Positions 23,124-34,760 of a stretch of DNA of 64,000 bases are shown here, one piece after another. Positions within the stretch are counted from its first letter, which is position 1. Every line of letters starts with the position of its first letter. The DNA lies in NCBI GenBank assembly GCA_002269645.1, contig NIVC01000939.1:434001-498000 (forward strand), in the 5' to 3' direction. Under the pieces are notes generated by a model that saw nothing but the letters and a program-made list of their open reading frames with translations, ran no database searches and was not told where the DNA came from. The position numbers and the translations under genes are program-made. This DNA is from Macrostomum lignano (Eukaryota).

Positions 23124-26100
23124 TCAGAGGCCCTGCAGCACCCGTCGCCTAGACAGAGTCTCGTCCCAGCTGAGGTAGGCGCCCATGAAGAGCCGCTCGC
23201 CCTGGTAGGCGGTGCGCGAGTGCAGCACGCGGCCGTTCTCGAACACCGCCAGCTGGCCGTCCTTGAGCCGGAGCTGCAGACTGTGGCCGGGGTCATATAG
23301 CAGGTCGTTGAACTCTTTTAGGGCTTCGTAGTAAGCCTGTCGGGTTTGTGAATCAAAATTTTCGGGTGTAAGACTGAGTCGTCGAAGCGCCTCGGTGGGG
23401 TCACCGCCCTCCCCGTGTTGGTGGGGTCATTGCCCTCCATGTTGTTGGTGGGGTCACTGCTCTCTCCCGATGGGCGCCACCGCCCTCGCTGCTCACCTGC
23501 ACGCGGCCGAGTGGCAGTCTGAGCACCGAGTCGCGCTGCTGGTTGCTAAGGTGAATGCGGCGCACCTGGCCGCCGCGGCCCAGCTCCAACACCGGGTGCC
23601 GCTGTAACAGGTGAAACTTGTCCAGGTCGTCCGAGTTCCGGTCCCGGAAGTTGGTCAGGGCGGTGGCCAGCAGGTGGAACTGCTCGGGGCGGCGGTCGCG
23701 CAGCAGCTCGGCAGCGGAAAATCCGTCAGCAAAACTGTTCTCGCCTCCGGGCACCGTGCGGGTCTGCCGGATGCAGTGCAGCAGCTGGGGGGAGTACAGT
23801 GAGCTGGGTGTGCAGATAGACAGGCGTGAAAGGCCTACTAGACAGCCAGGCGTCAGGACAAAATAGCAAAACATCAAGGCATCACGAAATAGATGAAACA
23901 CTTGAGCTAGCCCTGTGGATAATTGGGACGTTTCTTCGGCAGCATTTTTTGCTGGAAACGGACTAAAGCAGACCAAAATTCTGTGGTCTCCGCAGTGCTA
24001 GAGGAAACTGCTTAATTCGGCAGTTTCGTCACGCTAAATGTGCGGAAACGAAGAAAGAAACGAATTAAAATATTGAGTCGTTTCCTACGCAGTTTCCAAC
24101 CACAGGAAACTGCTTTTTATGGCGATTCAGTTTCTCCGCTTCCTACGCAGGACTTTGGGCCGGATTGGCCCATTGCTTCGTTTCGTGCGTAGTATTTACA
24201 TGTATATGCATGAGTAAGTGGAGGGAAACGGACTGAGTCGACGATTTCTCACGCACTGTTCGATTTGACGAGCTTCTGAGCGACAGAATTTAAACAGGTG
24301 GGATTATACACGTATTTCTATCTAACGACACTAACAACGGTACACACAGGATCACCCTTACTGCATGCCAGGCTCTATACAGTTCATACACTCAGTACAG
24401 ACAAATACACAACACAAACACTCATTTTCAGAACAGAAAATTGAAACGACACCAGCGACAACGATTAGAACTAGATAGATTGACTTTTCATTTTTCAATG
24501 CGTGTTCCAGAACCAAAAACATTTTGCGACGTAATTTTTTTTACAAAAAGTGCATTCCACACTGCGAACATTTAAATGATATCAAGATTATAATCTTGCA
24601 TCGTTTTTATGTAAAGAACAGAATCAAAGGAATGGTTGGAATCGACCCAGGAATCGAAGTAAAATCTTGCTTCGCTTCTGTGCGAGAACAGAATCGAAAG
24701 AAAGGTTGGAATCGACCCAGGAATCGAAGTAAAATCTTGCTTCGTTTCTGTGCGAGAACAGAATCGAAAGAAATTTTGGAATCGACCCAGGAATCGAACG
24801 ACGATTCTTTCGATTCTTTATTCGATTCCATCGCTTCGGCTGTTTCCTGGCCGTTTCCAAACAATGCCAAGAAATACTGCTCTGAGTGGCGATTCTTATC
24901 CAAAGAATCGACTTCCAAAGACGTTTTTTTGTTTGGCCGTTTTTTTAAGGAGAAACGAATGCGTTTCCCAGCGGAATCGTCTAAAGAAACGACTCTATTC
25001 CCCGGCGGGAGGAACCCCAGACCAGCCGTGTCAGCAAAAATGAACCGGCAATTCGGTCAGGACCGCAGCTGACACCTTATTGCAGTGCAGTCCAGTTCAA
25101 AGTTTACTCGGGCAGAGGGCGGGGCGGCAGGCCGCACACGGGGGAGGGCGAAGTGCGGCGGTCAAACTGCAGAGTTTGCTGATGGCAGCTGCGCGGCCTT
25201 TGACCTTTGGAATCCAGCGAGATGGGGCAGATGGCAAGCAAGCGCGTGAATGCAGGAGTGCCCTTTTCACTGGCAAACAGACACACGCAGACTGAAGGAA
25301 CTCGTACAAGCAGGCAACAAATAACACCTGAAAGAGAAAAAACAGATCAGTTAGAACAGGCAGTTACAGCCAGAATAAGCAGGATAGAAACTGGCAGACT
25401 GAAAACTAAAAACAGACTGATATGATAGACACAAGGAACAGATAGAACAGACTAACCTTGACAAAGGGTCAGTAACATAATAATACATGCAATAGACAGA
25501 ACTCACCTGAATATCCGGCTGGTGCTCAAAGTACGGCAGGTCGGTGTGGAAGCCGAGCCGGCCGGTGGTGTAAGCCAGGTTGCTGGGTCCCGGTTTTGAC
25601 TCCACCCGGAAGATCACTCCGTAGTGGGTGCGGCGCGGGTATGCGACCCGGTGGCACAAGCGACTTAGCGAGTCCTCGTCAGTGCCAAAGTTGTCCAGCA
25701 GCACCAGACCGTCCAGCTCTAGGCGCTGAAGCAGCTCCAGCAGGGCCGCGTCGTCCGACATCACCGCCTGGCCGTCCAGGAAGTCCGGACGGAACGGCCA
25801 GTCGCGCCACAACCTCGGGATCGACTTTGACAAGCGCAGATCCGGTGGGACCTGCGGGTGGGTGTCCGAGCTGGTTTAGAGATGGCTGGCTGGGGTGTCC
25901 GAACTAGTTTTGGTGGGCTGTCTGAGTTGGTTTATTTGGGTGTCCGAGATGCGATAGGGGGTTTTGAACTGGTTTAATTGGGTGTACGAGCTCTTTTAAA
26001 ATGGCTTGTTGGGGTGTCCGAGCCAATTTATAGATGGGTGGGATGTCCGAGACAATTCAGAGATGGTTGGGGTGTCCGAGACAATTCAGGGATGGTTGGG

Positions 26101-26747
26101 GTGTCCGAGGCGATTTAGAGATGGTTGGGGTGTCCGAGGCAATTTAGAGATGGGTGGGGTGGCCGAGACAATTCAGAGATGGGTGGGGTGGCCGAGACAG
26201 TTCAGAGATGGGTGGGGTGGCCGAGGCAATTCAGAGATGGGTGGGGTGTCCGAACCGGGCGCCAACCAACCTGTCCGTCCTCGGTGAAGTGGCGGGCGCG
26301 CAGCCAGTCCAGGGGATAGCAGCCGCGGTGTCCGTCGGCCCAGAGCAGCTGCAGCTGCCCCGCCTCCACGGTGGCCTCGGTCAGCGCGGCGGTCGGGTCG
26401 AAGTCGTTCATGAGCAGCTGGCGCGAGTCCGAGTTGCTGTTGTGGCAGAGGCTGCAGCGGCAGTTGTCCCTCAGCCAGGCCAGCGGGAAGTTCAATGTGG
26501 CCACTCCAGCCTGGTCGTCAGCGGCGGCTCCGTGCAGCGTCAGCACCCGGCTGTCCACGTCCACGGTGGCCTGGAGGCCTGCGGGGCTGGTGGGCTGGGC
26601 CGACGGGCCAGTGGTGGCGGATGTCGACAGTGACTTTCGCTGATGCCTGGCGGAAGCGGCAACAGCAGGGGCGGCCTGCGGCAGCTGCAGGAAGCGAAGC
26701 TGCAGGGCGGCAGCTGGGAGGCGGCGCAGCAGCGGCATCAGCGGCAT
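23124..26747 (-). CDS. BBOX1: Gamma-butyrobetaine dioxygenase-like Fe(II)/2-oxoglutarate enzyme, 4 exons, 440 aa
   Basis: Exons 26747-26271, 25851-25507, 23784-23497, 23336-23124, all phase 0 GT-AG. N-terminal Zn site WLRDNCRCSLC..H, AYTTGRLGFHTDLP (HxD), QLLHCIRQ, GGEN..ADGF, FENGRVLHSR. Closer to BBOX1 than to TMLHE by remembered motifs. Confidence 0.88.
24615..24800. repeat. 70-bp tandem repeat (about 2.6 units), BBOX intron 2
   Basis: GGTTGGAATCGACCCAGGAATCGAAGTAAAATC… recurs at 24634, 24704 and about 24774. Confidence 0.85.
25860..26255. repeat. ~30-bp imperfect minisatellite, BBOX intron 1
   Basis: GGGTGTCCGAGACAATTCAGAGATGGTTGG variants. Confidence 0.85.
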
Positions 26748-26827
26748 GCTCAGCGGGTGGGAGCGGCGGGCATGCAAATCAGTGCGGATAATTTTTGCCT
26801 GTGGCGCTGGGTACTGGGCTGATCAGA

Positions 26828-27152
26828 GGCAGTGCAAGGGCGATTCTGATGACAGTGCAAGGGCGATTCTGATGACAGTGCAAGGGCGGTTCTGATGACA
26901 GTGCAAGGGCGATTCTGATGACAGTGCAAGGGCGATTCTGATGACAGTGCAAGGGCGATTCTGATGATAGTGCAAGGGCGATTCTGATGATAGTGCAAGG
27001 GCGATTCTGATGACAGTGCAAGGGTGATTCTGATGACAATGCAAGGGCGATTCTGATGACAATGCAAGGGCGATTCTGATGACAGTGCAAGGGCGATTCT
27101 GATGACAGTGCAAGGGCGATTCTGATGACAGTGCAAGGGCGATTCTGATGAT
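26828..27152. repeat. 23-bp minisatellite upstream of the BBOX start
   Basis: GGGCGATTCTGATGACAGTGCAA, about 14 units. Confidence 0.95.
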
Positions 27153-29759
27153 AATGAAAGTGTAGCCAGGGAGATTTTATTTTATTAAATAGTTTTGATA
27201 CAAATATGCTAAAGGGTATATCTAGCCTACCTAACTATGCTTTGTAATAAGTTGAATTGCTAAAAAATTCAAGAAAATATTTCAAGGCCTATGAATAGCT
27301 AGCTTAGGGCCTAGGCTTAGCAGGCAGTTGTTTTGCTTTGGTTCACCTAAAAATTATATTGTATTTAACCTATTTTAAGACATTCACTTTTAAGAATATG
27401 CCTTCCTATAGGAGTAGTAGGCCTAACATATAGACCTTTTCTATAACTATATCTGTATATCTGAATTATATTATATTCATAACAGTCCAGCCTCTATCTA
27501 TAGCTATTAAAAATTAAGATAATTTTTTATAGATATAATGCTTAAAATAAATCTAAATATACTAAATCTCTAAGGTTTGTTTGTATGCTTCTCCATAATG
27601 CTCTAGAGATTGCAATTGGTCTACTAAACTTATAGTATACAGTATATAAATAATGGTTGTTAAAAAGGGCAATTGTAAAGTATGTATATAATATAGATGT
27701 TGTGTTTATGACAAAGAAGTTTTTTTTAATTAGGATGGTTCTATACAAAAACAAAACATCTCTAAATTGATTGATTTTAAAGTGTTCTAATAAGTTTCAA
27801 ATAAGTAAATTATGCTCCTTTGGGTCTAGCCTAGTGTAGTCACTAATCTAGCTAAAAAATTTTAGAAAAGTATAAATCAAATAGTTAAAACTAATTGCTA
27901 TGTATGTGCCCGCAGCCCTTTTGCTTCTGCTAATGATTGCACAAATGAAATGCAAAAACGATAAATTCAAGTTGAAATATTTTAGCAGAAGGGACAGATG
28001 ACTGTCATGGCTGTACATGTGCATATAACAGATTTAGATAGTAGAATCTAACATTAAATAGACAATTAAGCTTCGGGATATCGCATGCTTGCCTGAATAA
28101 ACTTATCTTTAATATTACGAGTCGTAGACAATAACATAAATTAGCCATGACTAACTACTGAATTCACCGGCACTTGGGTTCACCGGATTTTTAACTTTAT
28201 TTTTAAGGCTTAAAAATATACATAATCGATAGCGCAAGTAAAACTAGAGATGCGCCTAGATTTTTGGCTCTGCGCGTTGCCCCTGGACATCAGGAGGGCG
28301 ATTTTTGTTATTTTTTGGGGGGTGAAACCGGCGGTGAACCCAATAAATCCTTCCAGAGAGCTGAAAACCTGTCATGCAATATTTCAAAGCAAAATATAGG
28401 CAGATTTCGACGTGCGCATAAAATTTCAGCGTTGCGCGTTGCTCCTGAACTGCAGGAGAACGTTTTTTTGTTAAATTCCGGTGTTGAATGACTGCCGCTG
28501 AACTCCGCGGTGAACGAAATTAAGTGCGTTTCCCGAGTCGAAAAATAGTAAATTTTCCTATTAAAAAAGTTATCAAATTAAAGTTTTATCACTTTCATCA
28601 GCATTTTTGCACTCAATTTTGTGTTGACTGTTAAGCTATTTATTTTAATGCAAAGCGAAAACATTAAAAAATATTTCGAACTGCGAGTCTTTATTGCGCA
28701 ACGTGGCAGCAGGCAGTTACAGCGCACTTGCGCATAAAAAATACATTATATTTATACGCCGTGTGGTATTTTTGTGGCCATACTTAATAATGAAGCCTTT
28801 TATGCTGTTTTACTTCCTATATTTTTAGATTTATTTTTCAATTACGTCTTGAAACATGCAGTCAAAGTGTTAATATCAGTATAGGCAATAAAATAAAATT
28901 AGCATTTCTTGGCTTGATGCTTTTTACAACTTGTTAAAACCTCTATTTTAATATTTCTTCTCTTCTAATAAGTCAAATTATAAACATAATATCTATTTAA
29001 GATTCCATAGTGCTTTTCCATTACGTATAAATTCAATTATATCAGGCAGGCACTTAGTATACTTTTATAAAATAATAACTATAACATGCAATAAAAATAT
29101 TGACTATACTAGCCTATTTAATTACTTGTAATTTTATGTAATATTACTAGCCAATAAATATTTTTATATTTGATTTCATTGTAATTATAAAAAATTTAAA
29201 AAATTCTGTATATTTATAACATTGTTGACTCATAAAATTCTTTCTTGTTTTTTCTCCTAACCATAATTAATATTTCAAAAAATATACATCAAGAATTATT
29301 AATTTTTCTTGATTTGTAAATAAAAATATTACCCTGCAATTTTCAATATTTTTCATGTATTTTATGTAAAATGCGCAATTTCATGTGTTTTTTGTGTTTC
29401 CATCAGTTTAGCTTGGGCTAACTAGAAACTGCAGACTGACAGAATGCATTTCTTTCTCCGGGATATTGCTTCTTTCTAAGTTAAAGAGACCAATATGCTC
29501 ATTAGGAGTAGCTTTATGCCCAGAAGCACAGTACGCACAATAAATTGTGTTTTTTGTGTTTCCATCAGTTTAGCCTGTTATTGGGCTTTCTAGAAACTGA
29601 AGACTGACAGAATGTATTCCTTTTTCAGGGATACTGTTTCTTTCCAAGTTAAAGAGACAAATCTGCTTCATACCAACGTCTTAATCGCTAAAATCACAGT
29701 AACACAATAAATTCGGAACCCACTTTCCCTTTTTACTCGCGTTTATTAACGATGCGTAC

Positions 29760-32700
29760 ACTGGATCGGCCGTTTGCCTCGGCTTCTTTGCCGGAGGAGC
29801 CTAGGCCCCAGTTCCGGTTTCGGAAGCCTTGGCATTCTTGGCTTCATCAGCTTTCCGCTCCTCGCAACGGAGGATGGTCAGCTGAGTCAGACCAAGAGCC
29901 TCTTCACGGCAATCGATTCTCGAACCAGAATCGGTTCGGATTTCCAAGAAAAAAAGCAGTATAACTATTTAACTTTGTTGAATGTTTGACTGCCTTAACA
30001 GCATTTATTTACCACTATTTTTCACTTTCTTCTTGGCTATTGCCATTTAATAATCACAATTTTAAAGCACTAATATCCCTCTAGTTTAGGAGACAAAAAG
30101 TTATACTTTACAAATTGGTTCTGGTTCTAGAACCAGAACAAGCAATATGAAGAGCCTTCAATATGGATTGTGGACTTAGGCGGCAAGTGCTCAGCCCAGT
30201 CATTAGAGAGCCCTAGGATCACCGTAGCCCCCTTCTCCTTGCGGGAAGTGGCGTGATGTAGGAGCCCGTTGACCTTAAGGTCAGGGTGCAGCTTTAGCAA
30301 TATTTGCCTAAGCTGATCTCCGGACTTAATGGCACTGCCGGCCGGGATCCAGACGCGAAAGCGCTGGCGAAGACGAGCTTGCCGAGCTTCTTGGGCCAGT
30401 TCAGCTTTGGCAGAAGCTCGCGTAGACTGCGGCTGCTCTCCTCCGAGCTGCACCAGATGAAGATGCAGCCGTCGGTCTTGGCGGACTTGACCACGCTCAC
30501 AGGGCGGCCCGCCAGGAGCTGGTCGATGAGCGCAGCATCGATGGTGCGCCAGGCACTGTCGAGCTCGTCGGCCGTGAGGTCTTGCTCTTCCCCGAAGACG
30601 ATGACCGCCGGTTGGAGCTTGACCTTTGAGGCGTAATTAGTGCGGCGGTTTCCCAGCTCACCAGCGGGGGTTGTATCCTTGGGGGCAGGGGTTGCTGTGG
30701 CTCCTTTCGGGCCAACAGCAGCCTCGTCCTCCCTAGCCCAGTAAAAAAGGGTTGTCGGAATCCGATCGGAATGTCCGGTCGGAATTTGTCAGCAAAGTGG
30801 CTCGTGCAATCCGGTCGTTTTCTAGTCGGAGTTTTCCGATCGGAATGTGACGCTAATATCCGACTAAATTACGATTAGGTTGTATTTTTGCTTTGCGTCG
30901 GCTAGCTTGCATAAAAATAAACAAATCGGTTTTCAAAGTAACTTAGCAAAATATTACAATATTTAAAATATTTTTCTGCCTGAAGAGTGAAGCACAATAA
31001 TGATTGGCTATTTAATTTACTCAATGCATTGTATATTATGCAATTATAAAGATTACAGTATGCAATTTCTGCACAACACGTCAAGAGAGTAACTGTATTA
31101 CATGTAGATGCAAGGAAACATAGAGAAAGAGCATAATAATGCAACATGCAGAAAATGAGCACCGAAACAAATAATAAGATACAGAAAACAAATGCAGAAT
31201 AATACGATATGATTGATGAAGAACACCTGAATGCAAAAAGCTAGCTAGCTAGATAAATGTTGTGAACCAAACGGCTGCATTATCAGTCAGCAAACTTACA
31301 ACCAGAGTCAGCACATGCTTTGTCATCACAGGTGGCGGTGGCGGCAGAGGCGCAATTTCAGCTCTTCATTGTCGCGATTGCTTCCCCCACTGACACTCCA
31401 CGATTGTTGGTCTGGAGCTCTTGCACTTTCAGACGCCATCGCAGAAGCTCTAAATGGCCTTTGATGCAATCCAGAGAACTCGGAGGATACGGTCCTGCAT
31501 TGAGTAATTTAGAGAGTTAATGGCATGATCAGCAGACCAGTTGGGCACCTTCACTGTCATTAGAAAGATTTGGAAATAAAAAATAAGGAGAATAGTTGTC
31601 TTCAGGCAAGGCAAGAAAAAACTTAACATTTGCGATCTTCTTTAAAACTGGTATGAAAGCAATTGGAATATACTATAAGAATAAAAACACAAAGAACACA
31701 TACCCTTGAAGATCTCGCCAAAGTATGCTTGTACATATTCAAAGACAATTTGACCTTTGATCCTTGTTAGCTAGGCCTAGTCAGCTCTTCCAGGATCCTT
31801 TTCCCCAGTTTTGAACTGAACCTAGAGATCCCATCCATTATGTAGCAAACAGACTGTGGCACCTTTGCACTAATGCACCACATCTAGACCAGCAGTATCT
31901 GAAATAGAAGCAGAAGCCATTGATAAGATAATAATATAGAATGCTTAGTAAAGCTAGAACTAGGGGCCTAGTCTTAGTTTAACAGTGCCCTATGAAAACT
32001 AATATAAATAATATAAATAACAAAAAATTAATACTAGCATAATCTAAATGTAGAATCATATTTACTATTATAAATAATATATTCTAAGGACATAATGTCC
32101 TGAGTATTTTTTATCAAATTATCTCATTAACCTATTCTCTACTAGAACTTTCATTTGATATTGAGATATATAGTACTTTATTTATCTAAATATACAAACT
32201 CTTTATATTTCTAAAGGCAAAATTAAAAGACCAAATTATTTTAAGTCTTAGCCAGGGTCCAGATTGTATAATAGTGTATGCCAGAACAAGAATCTTATCT
32301 TAGCTAAATGTAGGCCAGTGTATGCCAAAAACAAAAAATTCCTTAAAAAAGTATACTAAAAAGTCACTTAAAAAGGTCATTTGGTTTTTACAGGTTGAGT
32401 TTCCTAAGAAAAGTTTTCTTTAAAATATTATAAATATTTTCATTTTAAACAAACTTAATTATACTTAATTATTAATTTTTAATAATAATTTTACTAAATT
32501 AATTCATTTTTAATTTTAACGAAGCAAAACACTATTACTGACTTTCTTGAGTATACAAATTTTCCTTTATTTAAGGCCTATATAAAAACATAAATTTACA
32601 TTGAACTTTTCATGCTCAACAAGAGTTTATTCACTGAAATTTGTAGGCCAACTGCCAAAAAATATATAAGTTTGTATACCAAAATTTATATGCAAACTTT

Positions 32701-34133
32701 AAAATGAGTGATTTGCATACCCAAATTTTCTGGCATATATGTAACATGTAGCATAGGTCAGAGTCAGGAGTCTTAGAGTTCTAGACATAGAAATGTTTTA
32801 TAAGCAAGTGTAAATAGCTAGGCCTATTGACATGTGGCCTATATTATTTACTTATTAGTCTATAAATCATAAGTTAATAATTCTTTATTATAGGCCTATT
32901 ACTAAAAATGTCTCATCTAAAAGCAAATTATAATATACAATTGTAAACTATAGACGTTATTCAATTACTTTGCTTAAATGCCTTAGCCCAAACAAATGTC
33001 TATTGATTATTAGGTATATATTATTATAATATTGAGTAGGCCCTAAACCTAATAAGACACACTAAATGTCTAAAGTAAGTTTAACTAGGGCCTGGCCTGG
33101 CCAAGGCCCTATATTTTTAGATTCAATGGCCAAAAGCCTAAAACTAGGTAGTATTAATTTCATATATATGAAAAACAAGATATAAGTTGTAGTTGTAGTT
33201 AAAACTTAAATTAAAAAACAAAGCCAACTGCTTTAAAAACAATCTTGAGAAAAATGTGTAGCAGAATAGGCTAGGCCTAGTAAAGTAAGAATTGCAATAG
33301 GAGTAAGCCTAGGAGTATTGCAATTAGCAATAGTTAATAAGATAGTGGCTAGGCATTAAGCAGGTTTTTAATAACTTTTTGCAGAGGCTAGTGCCAGTGG
33401 AAAGACGCTATAAGCAAATATATGTTACAATATTTCAACAAAAAGGTTATAGAGAGGATCAGGGTAAAAAATAAATCGCTTTTTAAATACTTTCGATATA
33501 AATTGGATGGCCAGCATTTTATTGTAGCATCAAAACAAAAACCGAATTATTGTAGTAATTTTTTGTATCATAAAAGTATATTCTGCACATACTGGCAATA
33601 CATAAAAGCAAGAAAACACGTTTAGTACAGCACATGCGTTATGAATATGGCTGTATCGGAAACTAGGAAGAAAAATGAGTACAAATTCCGATTGGAAGAA
33701 GAAGAGACGGTTTCCGACTAATTCCCGATTGCGCAAATATACCTCGAAAAAGATTTTCTTGAATTACTTGATACTTTTTATCATAGTAACGTATTATATA
33801 AAACAAAATATAGTGGTTTAAACCTTTTCCGGCAAATTCCGACTACCGATTAAATTCCGTCCAGATTCCAATCGAATTCCGACTACCCTTTTTTACTGGG
33901 AGGTTCCCCCTCCGCCGGTGGTCGGCCCGCAGTCGCCGTCGCCGCTCGTTGCGGCGTTGGTTGCGGGCGCGTCGGGCTTCAGCGGAGGGCCCGGTTGCGC
34001 GTGCGGGCATGTCACCGGCCGAGCCGGCGGCAAGCCCATCTGCCCCCAGTGGGGCGGCGCTCGTGCCAGAGTCACCGGCCGGAGTTGCCGGGGCCCCGGC
34101 TTCAGCGGGGTTGAAAGAGGCGGATGACGCCAT
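29760..34133 (-). pseudogene. Relic non-LTR retrotransposon ORF1 (DUF4780-like), split by the element at 30737-33900
   Basis: ATG 34133 gives MASSASFNP…EARRARNQRRNERRRRLR. After the insertion the frame reads EDEAAVGPKG…VVKSAKTDGCIFIWC…(frameshift) FRVWIPAGS…LRQILLKLHPDLKVNGL…TVILGL. The RVWIP/LL..P.L/VxLG pattern resembles R1/LOA-type ORF1 from memory. Frameshifted. Confidence 0.55.
30737..33900. mobile_element. 3.16-kb non-autonomous CMC/EnSpm-type DNA transposon (CCC termini, 2-bp TSD)
   Basis: TIR CCCAGTAAAAAAGGGT(T/A)GTCGGAAT, about 36 bp with few mismatches. TSD AG at 30735-30736 and 33901-33902. AT-rich interior. Confidence 0.9.
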
Positions 34134-34149
34134 AGCTGAAAGCGGGAAG

Positions 34150-34760
34150 GATGAGATGAGGCACGGTGCTGATGAGATGAGACGCTTCGCTTCGCTGAAG
34201 GCCATCTCGCATTTTGCGTCCCAGTTCCATGGCGTGTCCTTGCGCAGGAGCGCTGTTAGCGGCTCGGCGACGTGAGACAGGTTCTTGATGTAGAACTGGA
34301 AGAACTTTGCAAAGCCAAGGAATGAGGCTAACTTTGCCGTATTGGTGGGTGCCTTAAGTCCCGATGCGGACTCGGTGTGCGACTGGAGAGGTTGAATTCC
34401 CGCTGCGCTGACGCGGTGTCCAACGAACTCGATCTCCGACGCCTTGAAGGTTGCACTTCTTGAGGTTGACGGTTACTCGATGCTGCAGCAGCTTGTCCAG
34501 TACCTGAAGTACGCGACTTTCGTGCTCAGCTTCAGTACCGGCGTGAACGGCGATGTCGTCTTGATAGTGAACGACGCCTCTGATGCCTTGGAGGATCTTG
34601 CCGACGAGCTTCTGGAAGGCCGCCGGATCCGAGCTGATGCCGAACGGCATGCGTCTGAAACGGTAGAGGCCGAATTCGGTGTGGAAGCAGGTCAGATTCT
34701 TGGCGTCATCGTGCAGAGGCAGCTGTAGATACGACTGGTTGAGGTTGATTCGTGAGAAAA
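34150..34760 (-). pseudogene. Ty3/Gypsy reverse transcriptase fragment
   Basis: SRINLNQSYLQLPL…TCFHTEFGLYRFRRMPFGISS..AAFQ…VHYQDDIAV…NLKKC (frameshift) EIEFVGH…ASFLGFAKFF…AEPLTALLRKDTPWNW…AFSEAKRLISSAPCL. No LTR, protease or integrase nearby. Confidence 0.93.

Noticed and set aside
26748-26777. TTG start for BBOX from the ORF track
   Set aside because: The ORF finder used prokaryotic starts. The first ATG is at 26747.
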